A DNA stretch of 64,000 bases, taken from the NCBI GenBank assembly GCA_937974275.1, contig CALJIF010000032.1:1289-65288 (forward strand). Reading direction: 5' to 3'. The notes beneath the pieces were generated by a model. That model was not told the DNA's origin and did not search any database. It saw nothing but the letters and a program-made list of their open reading frames with translations. The DNA comes from an uncultured Flavobacteriales bacterium (GTDB lineage Bacteria; Bacteroidota; Bacteroidia; Palsa-965). Below, piece after piece: positions 1 through 10,200 of this stretch. Position numbers and translations under genes: made by a program. How positions within the stretch are numbered: position 1 is the stretch's first letter; each line of letters opens with the position of its first letter.

Positions 1-918
1 GTTTATTTGGATTATGCAGCTGCTATTGAACGTTACGGAAAAATTCAGGCGAACAAACTCAACGAAACCAATGCTTCCAAGGATCGCATCATTGCTTTAG
101 GTAAAGATGTCGTAAAAGAGAAGTACGGGAACTTGTTTGAGATGTATGAAAAAATTACCGGCGAAAATCCTTACGAAGTTCCGATGCGTATTTACCCTGC
201 TGTTCACTATACCATGGGCGGTCTTTGGGTCGATTACGAATTGCAAACTACTGTTCCCGGATTGTATGCATTAGGTGAAGCGAACTTCTCTGATCACGGA
301 GCGAACCGTTTGGGTGCATCTGCACTAATGCAAGGTTTGGCTGACGGGTACTTTGTAATTCCGTACACCATCGGTTCTTACCTCAACACACAAATCCGTG
401 AAAAGTTGGTAAGCACTGACCATGCGGCTTTTGAAGAAGCAGAAAAATCTGTTAAAGACACCATCAATAATCTGATCAACAATAAAGGATCAAAAACAGT
501 TGACCACTTCCACAAGCGTTTGGGTAAAATCATGTGGGACAAATGTGGTATGGCGCGTAACGAGCAAGGATTGAAAGAAGCGATTCAGGAAATCCGTCAA
601 TTGCGTGAAGAGTTCTGGAAAGAAGTACGTGTTCCGGGAAGCGCTAACGAAATGAATCCTGAATTGGAAAAAGCAGGACGTGTTGCTGACTTCCTTGAAT
701 TGGGCGAGTTAATGTGTATTGACGCATTAAACCGTAATGAATCTTGCGGTGGACACTTCCGTGAAGAATTCCAGACAGAAGAAGGTGAAGCACTGCGTGA
801 TGACGCCAAGTACTCGTATGTTGCGGCATGGGAATACAAAGGCAACGGCAATTACGACTTGCATAAAGAAGACTTGAAGTACGAGCGCATCAAAGTTTCC
901 GCACGTTCTTATAAATAA
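1..918 (+). CDS. sdhA: succinate dehydrogenase/fumarate reductase flavoprotein subunit, C-terminal part (5' end outside window)
   Basis: The frame is open from base 1. Motifs [30 protein letters not shown] and [11 protein letters not shown] are typical of SdhA/FrdA. The Fe-S subunit gene follows directly. Confidence 0.9.
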   Translation, partial: VYLDYAAAIERYGKIQANKLNETNASKDRIIALGKDVVKEKYGNLFEMYEKITGENPYEVPMRIYPAVHYTMGGLWVDYELQTTVPGLYALGEANFSDHGANRLGASALMQGLADGYFVIPYTIGSYLNTQIREKLVSTDHAAFEEAEKSVKDTINNLINNKGSKTVDHFHKRLGKIMWDKCGMARNEQGLKEAIQEIRQLREEFWKEVRVPGSANEMNPELEKAGRVADFLELGELMCIDALNRNESCGGHFREEFQTEEGEALRDDAKYSYVAAWEYKGNGNYDLHKEDLKYERIKVSARSYK

Positions 919-953
919 TTGATTTCTCAAACAGCATTTAAATCCACAGCACT

Positions 954-1697
954 ATGAATCTTACGCTGAAAATCTGGAGACAAAAAAATAGTAAGGAAGC
1001 CGGAAACTTTCATACCTATCAGGTTCCCGACATCTCCCCTGATATGTCATTCCTTGAAATGTTCGATGTATTGAACGAACGTTTGATTGAAAAAGGTGAA
1101 GAACCTATCGCTTTCGACCACGATTGTCGTGAAGGAATTTGCGGTATGTGTTCCATGTACATCAACGGGCAACCTCATGGCCCTTGGAAAGGAACAACAA
1201 CCTGCCAGTTACACATGCGTGCGTTTAAAGATGGAGACACTATCACGGTTGAACCATGGCGCGCAAAAGCATTTCCGGTTATTAAGGACTTGGTTGTTGA
1301 TCGTTCTGCATTTGACAAAATTCAGGCTGCGGGCGGATTTATTTCCGTTAATACAGGAAACGCACAGGATGCCAACAACATTCCTGTTCCAAAAGATGAT
1401 GCGGATAAAGCGTTTGCTGCTGCTGCTTGTATCGGTTGCGGTGCTTGCGTTGCAGCGTGCAAGAATTCATCTGCAATGTTGTACGTTTCTGCAAAAGTTT
1501 CGCAGTTTGCCTTATTACCTCAAGGTCGCGTAGAACGCACAGAGCGTGTATTAAATATGGTACGTGAAATGGACGTACAAGGCTTTGGAAACTGTACGAA
1601 TACAGGTTCTTGCGAAGCAGAATGCCCGAAAGAAATTTCATTGGAGAATATTGCAACAATGAATCGCGAATACCTGATGGCGAACTTGAAAAAATAA
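954..1697 (+). CDS. sdhB: succinate dehydrogenase/fumarate reductase iron-sulfur subunit
   Basis: Three Cys clusters are present: [11 protein letters not shown] (2Fe-2S), [11 protein letters not shown] (4Fe-4S) and [12 protein letters not shown] (3Fe-4S). The gene starts 36 nt after sdhA. Confidence 0.92.
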   Translation: MNLTLKIWRQKNSKEAGNFHTYQVPDISPDMSFLEMFDVLNERLIEKGEEPIAFDHDCREGICGMCSMYINGQPHGPWKGTTTCQLHMRAFKDGDTITVEPWRAKAFPVIKDLVVDRSAFDKIQAAGGFISVNTGNAQDANNIPVPKDDADKAFAAAACIGCGACVAACKNSSAMLYVSAKVSQFALLPQGRVERTERVLNMVREMDVQGFGNCTNTGSCEAECPKEISLENIATMNREYLMANLKK

Positions 1698-1715
1698 CAT
1701 CGCCTTTCATAAAAC

Positions 1716-1748
1716 AAAACGGCTGCAAGTATTTGCAGCCGTTTTTTA
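1716..1748 (+). terminator. intrinsic terminator after sdhB
   Basis: An 8-bp stem CGGCTGCA / TGCAGCCG (1720-1727 / 1734-1741) with a 6-nt loop is followed by TTTTTT. Confidence 0.7.
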
Positions 1749-1799
1749 TTTCATCAAAAATCGTACCACGAAAAATAAATCATCGTATCTTAGGAGTGT

Positions 1800-3311
1800 A
1801 TGCTGAAACAGTCATTACATCAGAAACTCCTCCAGAAGTTGTCCCCGCAACAAATTCAGTTGATGAAAATGTTGCAGTTGCCAACTGTTGCCCTGGAACA
1901 GCGTATTAAAGAAGAAATGGAAATTAATCCTGCACTTGAAGAAGGCGAGGAACAGGATGAAGAGGATGTAAACGATGAGTTAAATGAAGATGAGGACGAC
2001 ATTTTCGATGAGGATGAAGAAAGCAACGATTCCGATGACGTAACCGGTGATGATGAAGGCGAAGAAGAGCGCGCCTCGGATGAAGATTTCTCGTTGGACG
2101 AATACATGGATGAAGATGAAGGCTACGATTATCGGGAGCAAGTCAATAATTCAAGTCCGGATGAAGAGCGTAAGGAAATGCCTTTATCGCAAGGACCCGG
2201 ATTTCAGGATCAGTTGCTTACACAGCTTGGTTTGCAGCCACTCGATGATGAGCACTATCAAATAGCCGCATACATTATCGGCAACATTGATGAAGACGGA
2301 TACTTGCGACGCGATTTGGACGCGATAATTGATGATCTCGCTTTCACGCAGAACATAACAACAACTCTTGAAGATCTGGAAGAATTGCTTCAGATGATTC
2401 AAACCTTCGATCCTCCGGGAGTTGGAGCAAGAGACTTACAAGAGTGCTTGTTGCTGCAACTCAAACGGAAACATCCAAAAACGCCGGAGATTATTTTGGC
2501 GATGCGTGTGGTTTCGGAGCACATGGAAGAGTTCTCGAAAAAGCACTATGAAAAAATTTCGCGGAAACTCGCTGTTGACGACGATTCTTTAAAGCGCGTC
2601 ATCAATGAAATTACGCATCTCAATCCGCGCCCGGGAAGTGCCGGCGATGGAAACGCAGTAGTGGCACAAGACATTGTTCCTGATTTTATCGTGTATAATA
2701 ACGATGGTAAATTGGAATTGTCACTCAACGAACGTAACATGCCTGAACTTCGTGTTAGCGGCATGTACAATCAAATGTTACAGGAGTACGCAAAAAGTAA
2801 AGAGAAGAGTAGCAAGGAAGCTGTCACTTTTATCAAACAAAAAATAGATTCCGCAAAATGGTTCATTGATGCGCTGAAACAGCGTCAGCAAACATTATTG
2901 CTCACCATGCATGCCATCATGGATTATCAGCAGGCTTACTTTTTGGAAGGTGACGAAACATCGCTGAAACCAATGATCCTGAAGGATATCGCAGACCGTG
3001 TTGGCCTGGATATTTCAACGGTTTCTCGCGTTGCCAACAGCAAATATGTGCAAACGCAGTTTGGAACATTCTTATTAAAAACATTTTTCTCGGAGTCACT
3101 TTCTACCGATTCCGGTGAAGAGGTTTCTACGCGCGAAGTGAAAAAGATTCTCTCCGATTGTATTGAAAGTGAAAACAAGAAGAAACCCATTACCGATGAT
3201 GGTTTGGCGCGCGTACTGAAACAAAAAGGTTACAACATTGCTCGACGCACCGTTGCCAAGTACCGTGAACAGTTAGGAATTCCTGTTGCACGATTAAGAA
3301 AGGAGCTGTAA
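1800..3311 (+). CDS. rpoN: RNA polymerase sigma-54 factor
   Basis: Gln/Leu-rich region I (LKQSLHQKLLQKLSPQQIQLMKMLQLP), a long acidic region II, and the C-terminal RpoN box ARRTVAKYR. Confidence 0.93.
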   Translation: MLKQSLHQKLLQKLSPQQIQLMKMLQLPTVALEQRIKEEMEINPALEEGEEQDEEDVNDELNEDEDDIFDEDEESNDSDDVTGDDEGEEERASDEDFSLDEYMDEDEGYDYREQVNNSSPDEERKEMPLSQGPGFQDQLLTQLGLQPLDDEHYQIAAYIIGNIDEDGYLRRDLDAIIDDLAFTQNITTTLEDLEELLQMIQTFDPPGVGARDLQECLLLQLKRKHPKTPEIILAMRVVSEHMEEFSKKHYEKISRKLAVDDDSLKRVINEITHLNPRPGSAGDGNAVVAQDIVPDFIVYNNDGKLELSLNERNMPELRVSGMYNQMLQEYAKSKEKSSKEAVTFIKQKIDSAKWFIDALKQRQQTLLLTMHAIMDYQQAYFLEGDETSLKPMILKDIADRVGLDISTVSRVANSKYVQTQFGTFLLKTFFSESLSTDSGEEVSTREVKKILSDCIESENKKKPITDDGLARVLKQKGYNIARRTVAKYREQLGIPVARLRKEL

Positions 3312-3313
3312 CA

Positions 3314-3925
3314 GTGTCTGCTGTTCCAAAAATTCTGGCAACGCTTTTTCATCCGCTGTTAATGACTACTTATGGCACAGCTGCCTACGTATTCATTGTT
3401 CGGAGAATCGATTTTCTTGCGGCCGGCAATGTTAATTGGTTAATTCTTGGCCTAATCTTCACCAGCACATTTCTGCTTCCGCTGATTTCTGTTTTTATCA
3501 TGTATCGGTTCGGCATGATAGGGAGCATGGAAATGCACACCGCCAAAGAACGCAACTGGCCACTGATTCAATCCACTGTCATTTATTTGGTCGCGCTTTT
3601 CGCTATGAACACGCGGATTATTCCAACATTCATTCAACTTCTCACATTAACAGCAGCCGTGTGTATGCTCGAGGCATTGATCATTAACCTGTGGTGGAAA
3701 ATCAGTTTACACATGATTGGAATTGGAGGACTTTGTGGAGCGTTAATCATAACAGCACGCAACGATAGCAATGTGCCGCTCGGATTATTAAGTGCTGTAT
3801 TTGTTATCGCCGGCATAATTGGCACTGCCCGCATGATTAGCGGAGCGCACAACATTTTACAAATTACAGCAGGATTTTTATTGGGAATAGTAAGCGCGTC
3901 AGTGCTATTTGCGCTGATAGGATAG
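3314..3925 (+). CDS. polytopic membrane protein, degenerate PAP2-like
   Basis: GTG start 3 nt after rpoN and about 6 hydrophobic helices. The C-terminal ARMISGAHNILQITAG resembles the PAP2 SRx5Hx3D motif but has Q in place of D. Confidence 0.55.
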   Translation: MSAVPKILATLFHPLLMTTYGTAAYVFIVRRIDFLAAGNVNWLILGLIFTSTFLLPLISVFIMYRFGMIGSMEMHTAKERNWPLIQSTVIYLVALFAMNTRIIPTFIQLLTLTAAVCMLEALIINLWWKISLHMIGIGGLCGALIITARNDSNVPLGLLSAVFVIAGIIGTARMISGAHNILQITAGFLLGIVSASVLFALIG

Positions 3926-3927
3926 CG

Positions 3928-4176
3928 CTATTTAGCTTCCAACAAATCTTCTACTTTGTCAAAAGGAACATTAACTACATATTCCTTCCCGTTAGTTAAG
4001 ATCATCTTGGTTCCTTTCCCGAAACGTGCCACGGATTGAATATGTTGCTTTTGAACAAAATGCTCTCCGATTTTAAGGAGAATAATGATCTCGTCCTTGT
4101 GTAAACGTTGTTCCTCTACCACGGTTTTTCTATATTTATAGAGGCAAAAGTAAGCACACTTTGAGGTATTCCACAT
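3928..4176 (-). CDS. small hypothetical protein (start uncertain); C-terminal half resembles the end of a LytTR-type domain
   Basis: The track ORF is 3928..4302, but its first 42 codons overlap the adhesin signal-peptide region, so I shortened it to ATG 4176. The motif FVQKQHIQSV...MILTNGKEYVVNV is only loosely LytTR-like. Confidence 0.3.
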   Translation of the reverse strand: MWNTSKCAYFCLYKYRKTVVEEQRLHKDEIIILLKIGEHFVQKQHIQSVARFGKGTKMILTNGKEYVVNVPFDKVEDLLEAK

Positions 4177-4249
4177 TTCGATGTTAATCTTTAACACGAT
4201 ATGGGGAATTGACATTGCAGTTATTTGTGCACTTTTACTGATAGTAAGC

Positions 4250-7200
4250 ATGAGAAAGACCCTATTCCGGTTACTGAGTACGATCGTTTTATTATTGGGC
4301 ATACACCTTTCGGTGAGTGCTGATACCTTTTTGTGGGTTGGTACTTCAGGTAATTGGAACGACGCTCAAAACTGGGAAAGTGCCATTCAGGGCGCTATAC
4401 CCGGCAAAGAAGATGATGTTGTCATTAATTCTACAGGGACAGAAATCATCATCGACGGCAGTGTTTATTGCAAATCGCTGACTACAGCATTTCCAAGCAG
4501 CAACGGTTATTATCTAAACACAAACAGTTCCAACGGAATTAAAATTACCGGAGCAGGTACAATTCATGTTTATGGAAACATTGAATTGAATGCACCATTC
4601 AGCGAGTCAGGCGATCTCAAGTGGAAGCTTTCTTCCAATGCAACAACTACTCGCATTCGTTCCAATGGTCATGTGTTTTCTAACTCGATGACTATTACAA
4701 CTGAAAGCGACGTTATCATTGAAGATCACCTGTACGTTAATGGTAATTTGAAAATTCAAAGCGGGATTTTGCAGACGCAAGAGTATTCATCCGTTGTTGC
4801 CGTGCAAATAGAAGGCGCAGAAAAAATTCGCGGAGGACAGGTACTTCGTATTGGGGACCCTGTCAATCCTCTAAGTCATACTGTTACTACAGTTGTAGTT
4901 CCCAACTTATGTAACGGTGAGTGTAATGCAACTGCGACTGCCGTAGTTGTTGGTGGTTCCGGTAATTTCAGCTACCAGTGGAGTACAGTTCCTCCCCAAA
5001 CGACTGCCACGGCAACCGGTCTTTGTGCAGGAACTTATTTGGTGGTTGTAACCGATTTGGTTGGTGGTGATCAGGTTCCCGCATTTGCAATTGTTGTCGA
5101 TCCTCCTCCATTGGTAATTTTCTTCTCTAATGTTCCGCCATTATGTAATGGTAATTGTAATGGATCGAGCACGGCAAGTGTTGCAGGCGGAACACCCGGC
5201 TATACTTTTTTATGGTCACCCGGCAATCAAACTACCAATACGATTACCAATCAATGCGCAGGGACGTACACGCTAACGGTTACCGACAACAACGGCTGTA
5301 TTGTAACGCAACAATCTGTCATAACCCAGCCTGCACTACTTGCAGATAACGGAAGTAGCACTAATGTAACTTGTAATGCAGCCTGTGACGGCACCGCATC
5401 GGTTGCGCCAACAGGAGGTATAGGACCTTATTCATTCTTATGGGCACCCGGAGGTCAAACAACACCGGCGGTTACCAGTCTCTGTCCCGGCACTTACACT
5501 TGCACAATTACAGACGCGAACGGATGTCAGGATACTTATGTCACCACAATAACACAACCACCTGTGTTAACAGCGCAAGTTGCTGTTACCAACGCAACAT
5601 GTTTTGGTTTATGTAATGGCGCAGCTACAGCCACTCCATCCGGAGGAACAGCACCATATACTTTTTTATGGCAGCCCGGAGGACAAACCACAGCCGGTAT
5701 AACAGGACAATGCGCAGGCTCTTACACACTAACGGTTACAGACAATAACGGCTGTACTTTTCAGCAAACTGTCAATATCACTGAACCTCCTGTTCTTGCG
5801 AGCATCCCGACATCAACAAACATTTCTTGCTTCGGTGCATGTGACGGAACTGCTGCGGCCAATGCTACCGGCGGGACACCAAACTATACTTATTCGTGGG
5901 CGCCAAGTGGAGGAAACGGACCAACTGCTTCCGGACTATGCCCCGGAACATACACTGTTACTGTAACTGATGCGAATGGTTGTACAACTAATGCACAAGT
6001 TACAATCACAGAACCGGCAATACTGCTTACCGGATCATCAAGCACAAACGTTACTTGCTTTAACGCTTGTGACGGAACTGCTACTGCCAATCCATCAGGC
6101 GGTACTGGCCCTTACACCTACAATTGGTTGCCGGGAAATATCACGACACCGAGCATTTCTAATTTGTGTCCCGGAACATATACCATTACAGTAACTGACG
6201 CTAACAATTGTACTGCTCAATCCACGATTACGATCACACAACCCCCACAACTTCTTGTTAATGGCACAGGTACCAATGTTTCGTGCAATGGATTTTGCGA
6301 TGGAATTGCTACCGCCAATCCGAGTGGTGGTACAGGACCATATACATACGTGTGGGCACCCGGAGGACAAACAACACCAAGCATTAACGGACTGTGTGCC
6401 GGACAGTATACAGTAACCGTAACTGATGCCAATGGTTGTCAACGCAACCAAACTATTACGATTACTCAACCTAATATCCTGAGCGTAACAACAACCGCAA
6501 CACAGCTCCTATGCAACAATGCCTGCAGCGCTACGATCTCTGCTAACGTCTCAGGCGGTACAGCAGCGTATACATATAGCTGGAGTCCGGGAAACCAAAC
6601 CACGCCAAGCATCACTAACCAATGTGCAGGCACTTACACAGTTGATGTTACAGATGCGAATGGATGTACCAGTAATAGCGTGATATCCATTACACAGCCT
6701 GTACCATTTCAAATCAGCATCACGAGTAATGATGTAAGTTGTAACGGATCGTGTGATGGTAACATTCAGGTTGTAGTTAATGGAAGTACTCCGCCATATA
6801 CATACAGTTGGTCTCCAACCGGACAAACAACGCCAAATATTTCGGGTCTGTGTGCAGGAACATATAGCGTCACAGTTACGGATGCCAACGGTTGCGATAC
6901 CACATTGGCCATTAACATTACACAACCTCAACCGATCAACGCAGGAGTTACAACAGTTGCAGCAACGTGTTCAGGAAATTGCAACGGCTCGGCTACATCG
7001 AATCCGACAGGAGGCACCGGACCGTATACATTTTTATGGATGCCGGGCGGACAAACCACTTCTTCGGTTACGGGACTTTGTGCGGGCACGTACACACTAA
7101 CGGTTACTGATGCCAATGGATGTACAACCAATCAAACGGTAAGTATTACACAACCTCAGCCGCTCTCCGCTCAAATTACCGGAAGTACCGCAAGTTGTAA

Positions 7201-10200
7201 TATTTGTAATGGAACGGCTACAGTATCTGTCAGTGGCGGTAACTCACCGTATGCATATTTCTGGACACCCGCCGGTGGAACCAACCCTACTGCCACCAAC
7301 TTATGTGTCGGCTCTTACACGTGTACCATAACAGATGCACAAGGTTGTACTACAACAGCAACAGTAAATATCAACCAAGTAGTTAATATTTCTATCACCA
7401 GCTCGGGAAGTACACCAACATGTTTTGGAGACTGCGATGCCGTTGCCAGTGCGAATGCCTCCGGTGGTGCAAATCCATATACATATGTTTGGCAGCCCGG
7501 AAATATCGTTAACCAGAACCTTACCAATGCCTGTGCAGGAACATACACCGTAACAGCTACTGATGCAAACGGATGCTTTAGTTCATCTGTAATAACATTC
7601 GGAAATCCTCCACAGATTACAGCCACATCTAATTCAACTAATGCATCTTGCCATGCATTATGCGACGGCACCGCGAGCGTTACTGCCTCAGGTGGAACAG
7701 GAACGTTATCCTACTTGTGGGCGCCGGGAGGTCAGACGACTCCTGCTGTTAACGGTCTATGCGTTGGAAGCTACACCTGTACAGTAACAGACCAAAATGG
7801 TTGCGATACGACAATTGTGTTCAACATTACCGAACCTGCACTTATACTTGCTAATGCTGTTGTTTCTGATGCCAATTGCACCTTGTGTGATGGAGGGATC
7901 GTTACATCTGCAAGCGGTGGCGTTGGACCATACACGTATTTGTGGGCACCGGGTGGACAGACAACTCCGAACTTGTCTTCATTATGTCCGGGCATATACA
8001 CGGTAACTATTACAGATGCATCCGGATGTTCTGAAAATATTCCAATCGCCGTTGGAAACATTAACGGACCAACGGCTACAATGGCTTTCACCGATGCTTC
8101 GTGTCAAGGTGTTTGTGATGGAACGGCAACAACTACCGTAACAGGAGGAACCGGACCATTTACTTTTGATTGGACACCCGGAACACCAACAGGTGATGGA
8201 ACACCTTCAGTGAGCGGTTTGTGTGCAGGATTATATTTTGTTCAAATAACGGACGCTGTTGGTTGTATTACTTTCCAAAACGTAACGATAACAGAGCCGA
8301 ATATTTTGACTGCTCCGGCAACATTACAAGTTCCTTCATGCAACGGAATATGTGACGGATCAATTACTGTTACACCAACCGGAGGTACAGCTCCTTACAC
8401 GTTCTCCTGGAGCAGCGGTGGTAACGGACCAACCGAATCGGGTTTATGTGCGGGCAATTACAGTGTTGATATTACTGATGCGAATGGATGCATAGGGACA
8501 TTTACATTTAGTTTAACGCAGCCCGGCGCAATCGGACTTGCTGTTACATCGACTAACATCACATGCAATAGTTTCTGCGATGGAACGGCAACCGCAACAG
8601 TAACGGGCGGCACAACTCCATACTCCTACGTGTGGTCATCAGGTCCGATTGTTCCAAGCACTGTTAACTTGTGTCCGGGCACATATACGGTTACAGTTAC
8701 AGATGCATCGGGATGTTCTGTTGTTGATTCTGTTACGATAACACAACCTCCTTCCATAGTTGTGAATTTAACTTCCACAAATGCTTCGTGTAACGGCGAT
8801 TGTGATGGAACGGCGGCTGTAGTTGCATCGGGTGGAATACCGGGATATACGTATTTATGGTCGCCGGGAGGACAAACAACACCAAGTGTAACCGGACTGT
8901 GCGCAGGTGCATATAGCATCTCAACAACGGATGCGAACGGATGCGAAAATATTCAGTCTGTTACAATTACTGAACCACCTACTATTGTTGCCACTGCTTC
9001 TTCAACAAGTCCAACTTGTTTTGGAGATTGTGACGCAACATCTTCATTAACCGTTAATGGCGGAACACCGGCTTATACATACAGCTGGGCTCCGGGCGGA
9101 CAAACAACACCTGTAGTTACCGGCTTGTGCGCAGGAGTTTACACCGTAACGATTACAGACGCGAACGGATGTGATATTCAGATTAACTCCACGATTACAC
9201 AGCCTGCTCAGTTACTCGCGAATACCTCCTTCACTTCTCCATCATGCGGAAACACTTGTGATGGTAGTGCTACTGCAAACCCGATCGGAGGAACCGGACC
9301 TTACACATTCTTGTGGGCGCCGGGTGGACAAACTACTGCAACAATCACCAATCAATGTGTTGGAACATACACGGTAACTGTTCGCGACAGCAGAGGTTGT
9401 ATTGACATTCAAACCGTAACAATATTACCGGCACAAAACCTCAACCTATCTGTTGCATCAGCACCCGCTAACTGCGGCGTATGTAACGGCACGATTAACG
9501 TGACTCCTTCCGGCGGTACTGCACCATACACGTATGCGTGGTCCGGCGGATTGCCCCCACAACCTAACCAAACCAATGTGTGCGCCGGCCTTTATACGGT
9601 TCTCGTTACGGATGCATCAGGATGCCAAAGTACATTCACGGTAACACTCAACAACAACGGAGGCCCTACAGGTGAAACAATCACGTCTGCAGATGCAACA
9701 TGTCCTAACACTTGTGACGGCAGTGCTACTGTACTTCCGATTGGAGGAACAGCGCCATACACCTACCTGTGGATTCCGGGCGGACAAACGGTAAACAGTT
9801 TGACCAATATGTGTGCAGGCAGTTATAATCTGGAAGTAACCGATGCTAACGGTTGTATTCGTTATTCTCCTGTTATCATCAATGGTCCTCAGCCCATCAT
9901 CGGCAATCAGTTTGTTACCAATGCAAATTGTGTAAACAGTTGCGATGGCGCAATCAGTCTTAACCCATCCGGCGGAACAGGTCCATACAGCTATCTTTGG
10001 GCTCCGGGAGGACAAACTACCGCTTCAATTTCCGGGCAATGTGTTGGAACGTACACTTGCACTATTACAGATGCGAATGGATGCACCCAACAAGTGATTG
10101 CAACTATCAATGCATGGAATATAATTGCTGCAACAGTTACCTCTACTTCGGCGTCTTGCAATGGAGATTGTGATGGTACCTTAACAGTTAGTGCAAGCGG

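Noticed and set aside
4181-4249. N-terminal extension of the adhesin ORF (MLIFNTIWGIDIAVICALLLIVS)
   Set aside because: The internal ATG at 4250 yields a canonical signal peptide ending in an Ala-x-Ala-like site. The extension would place a second hydrophobic segment in front of it.
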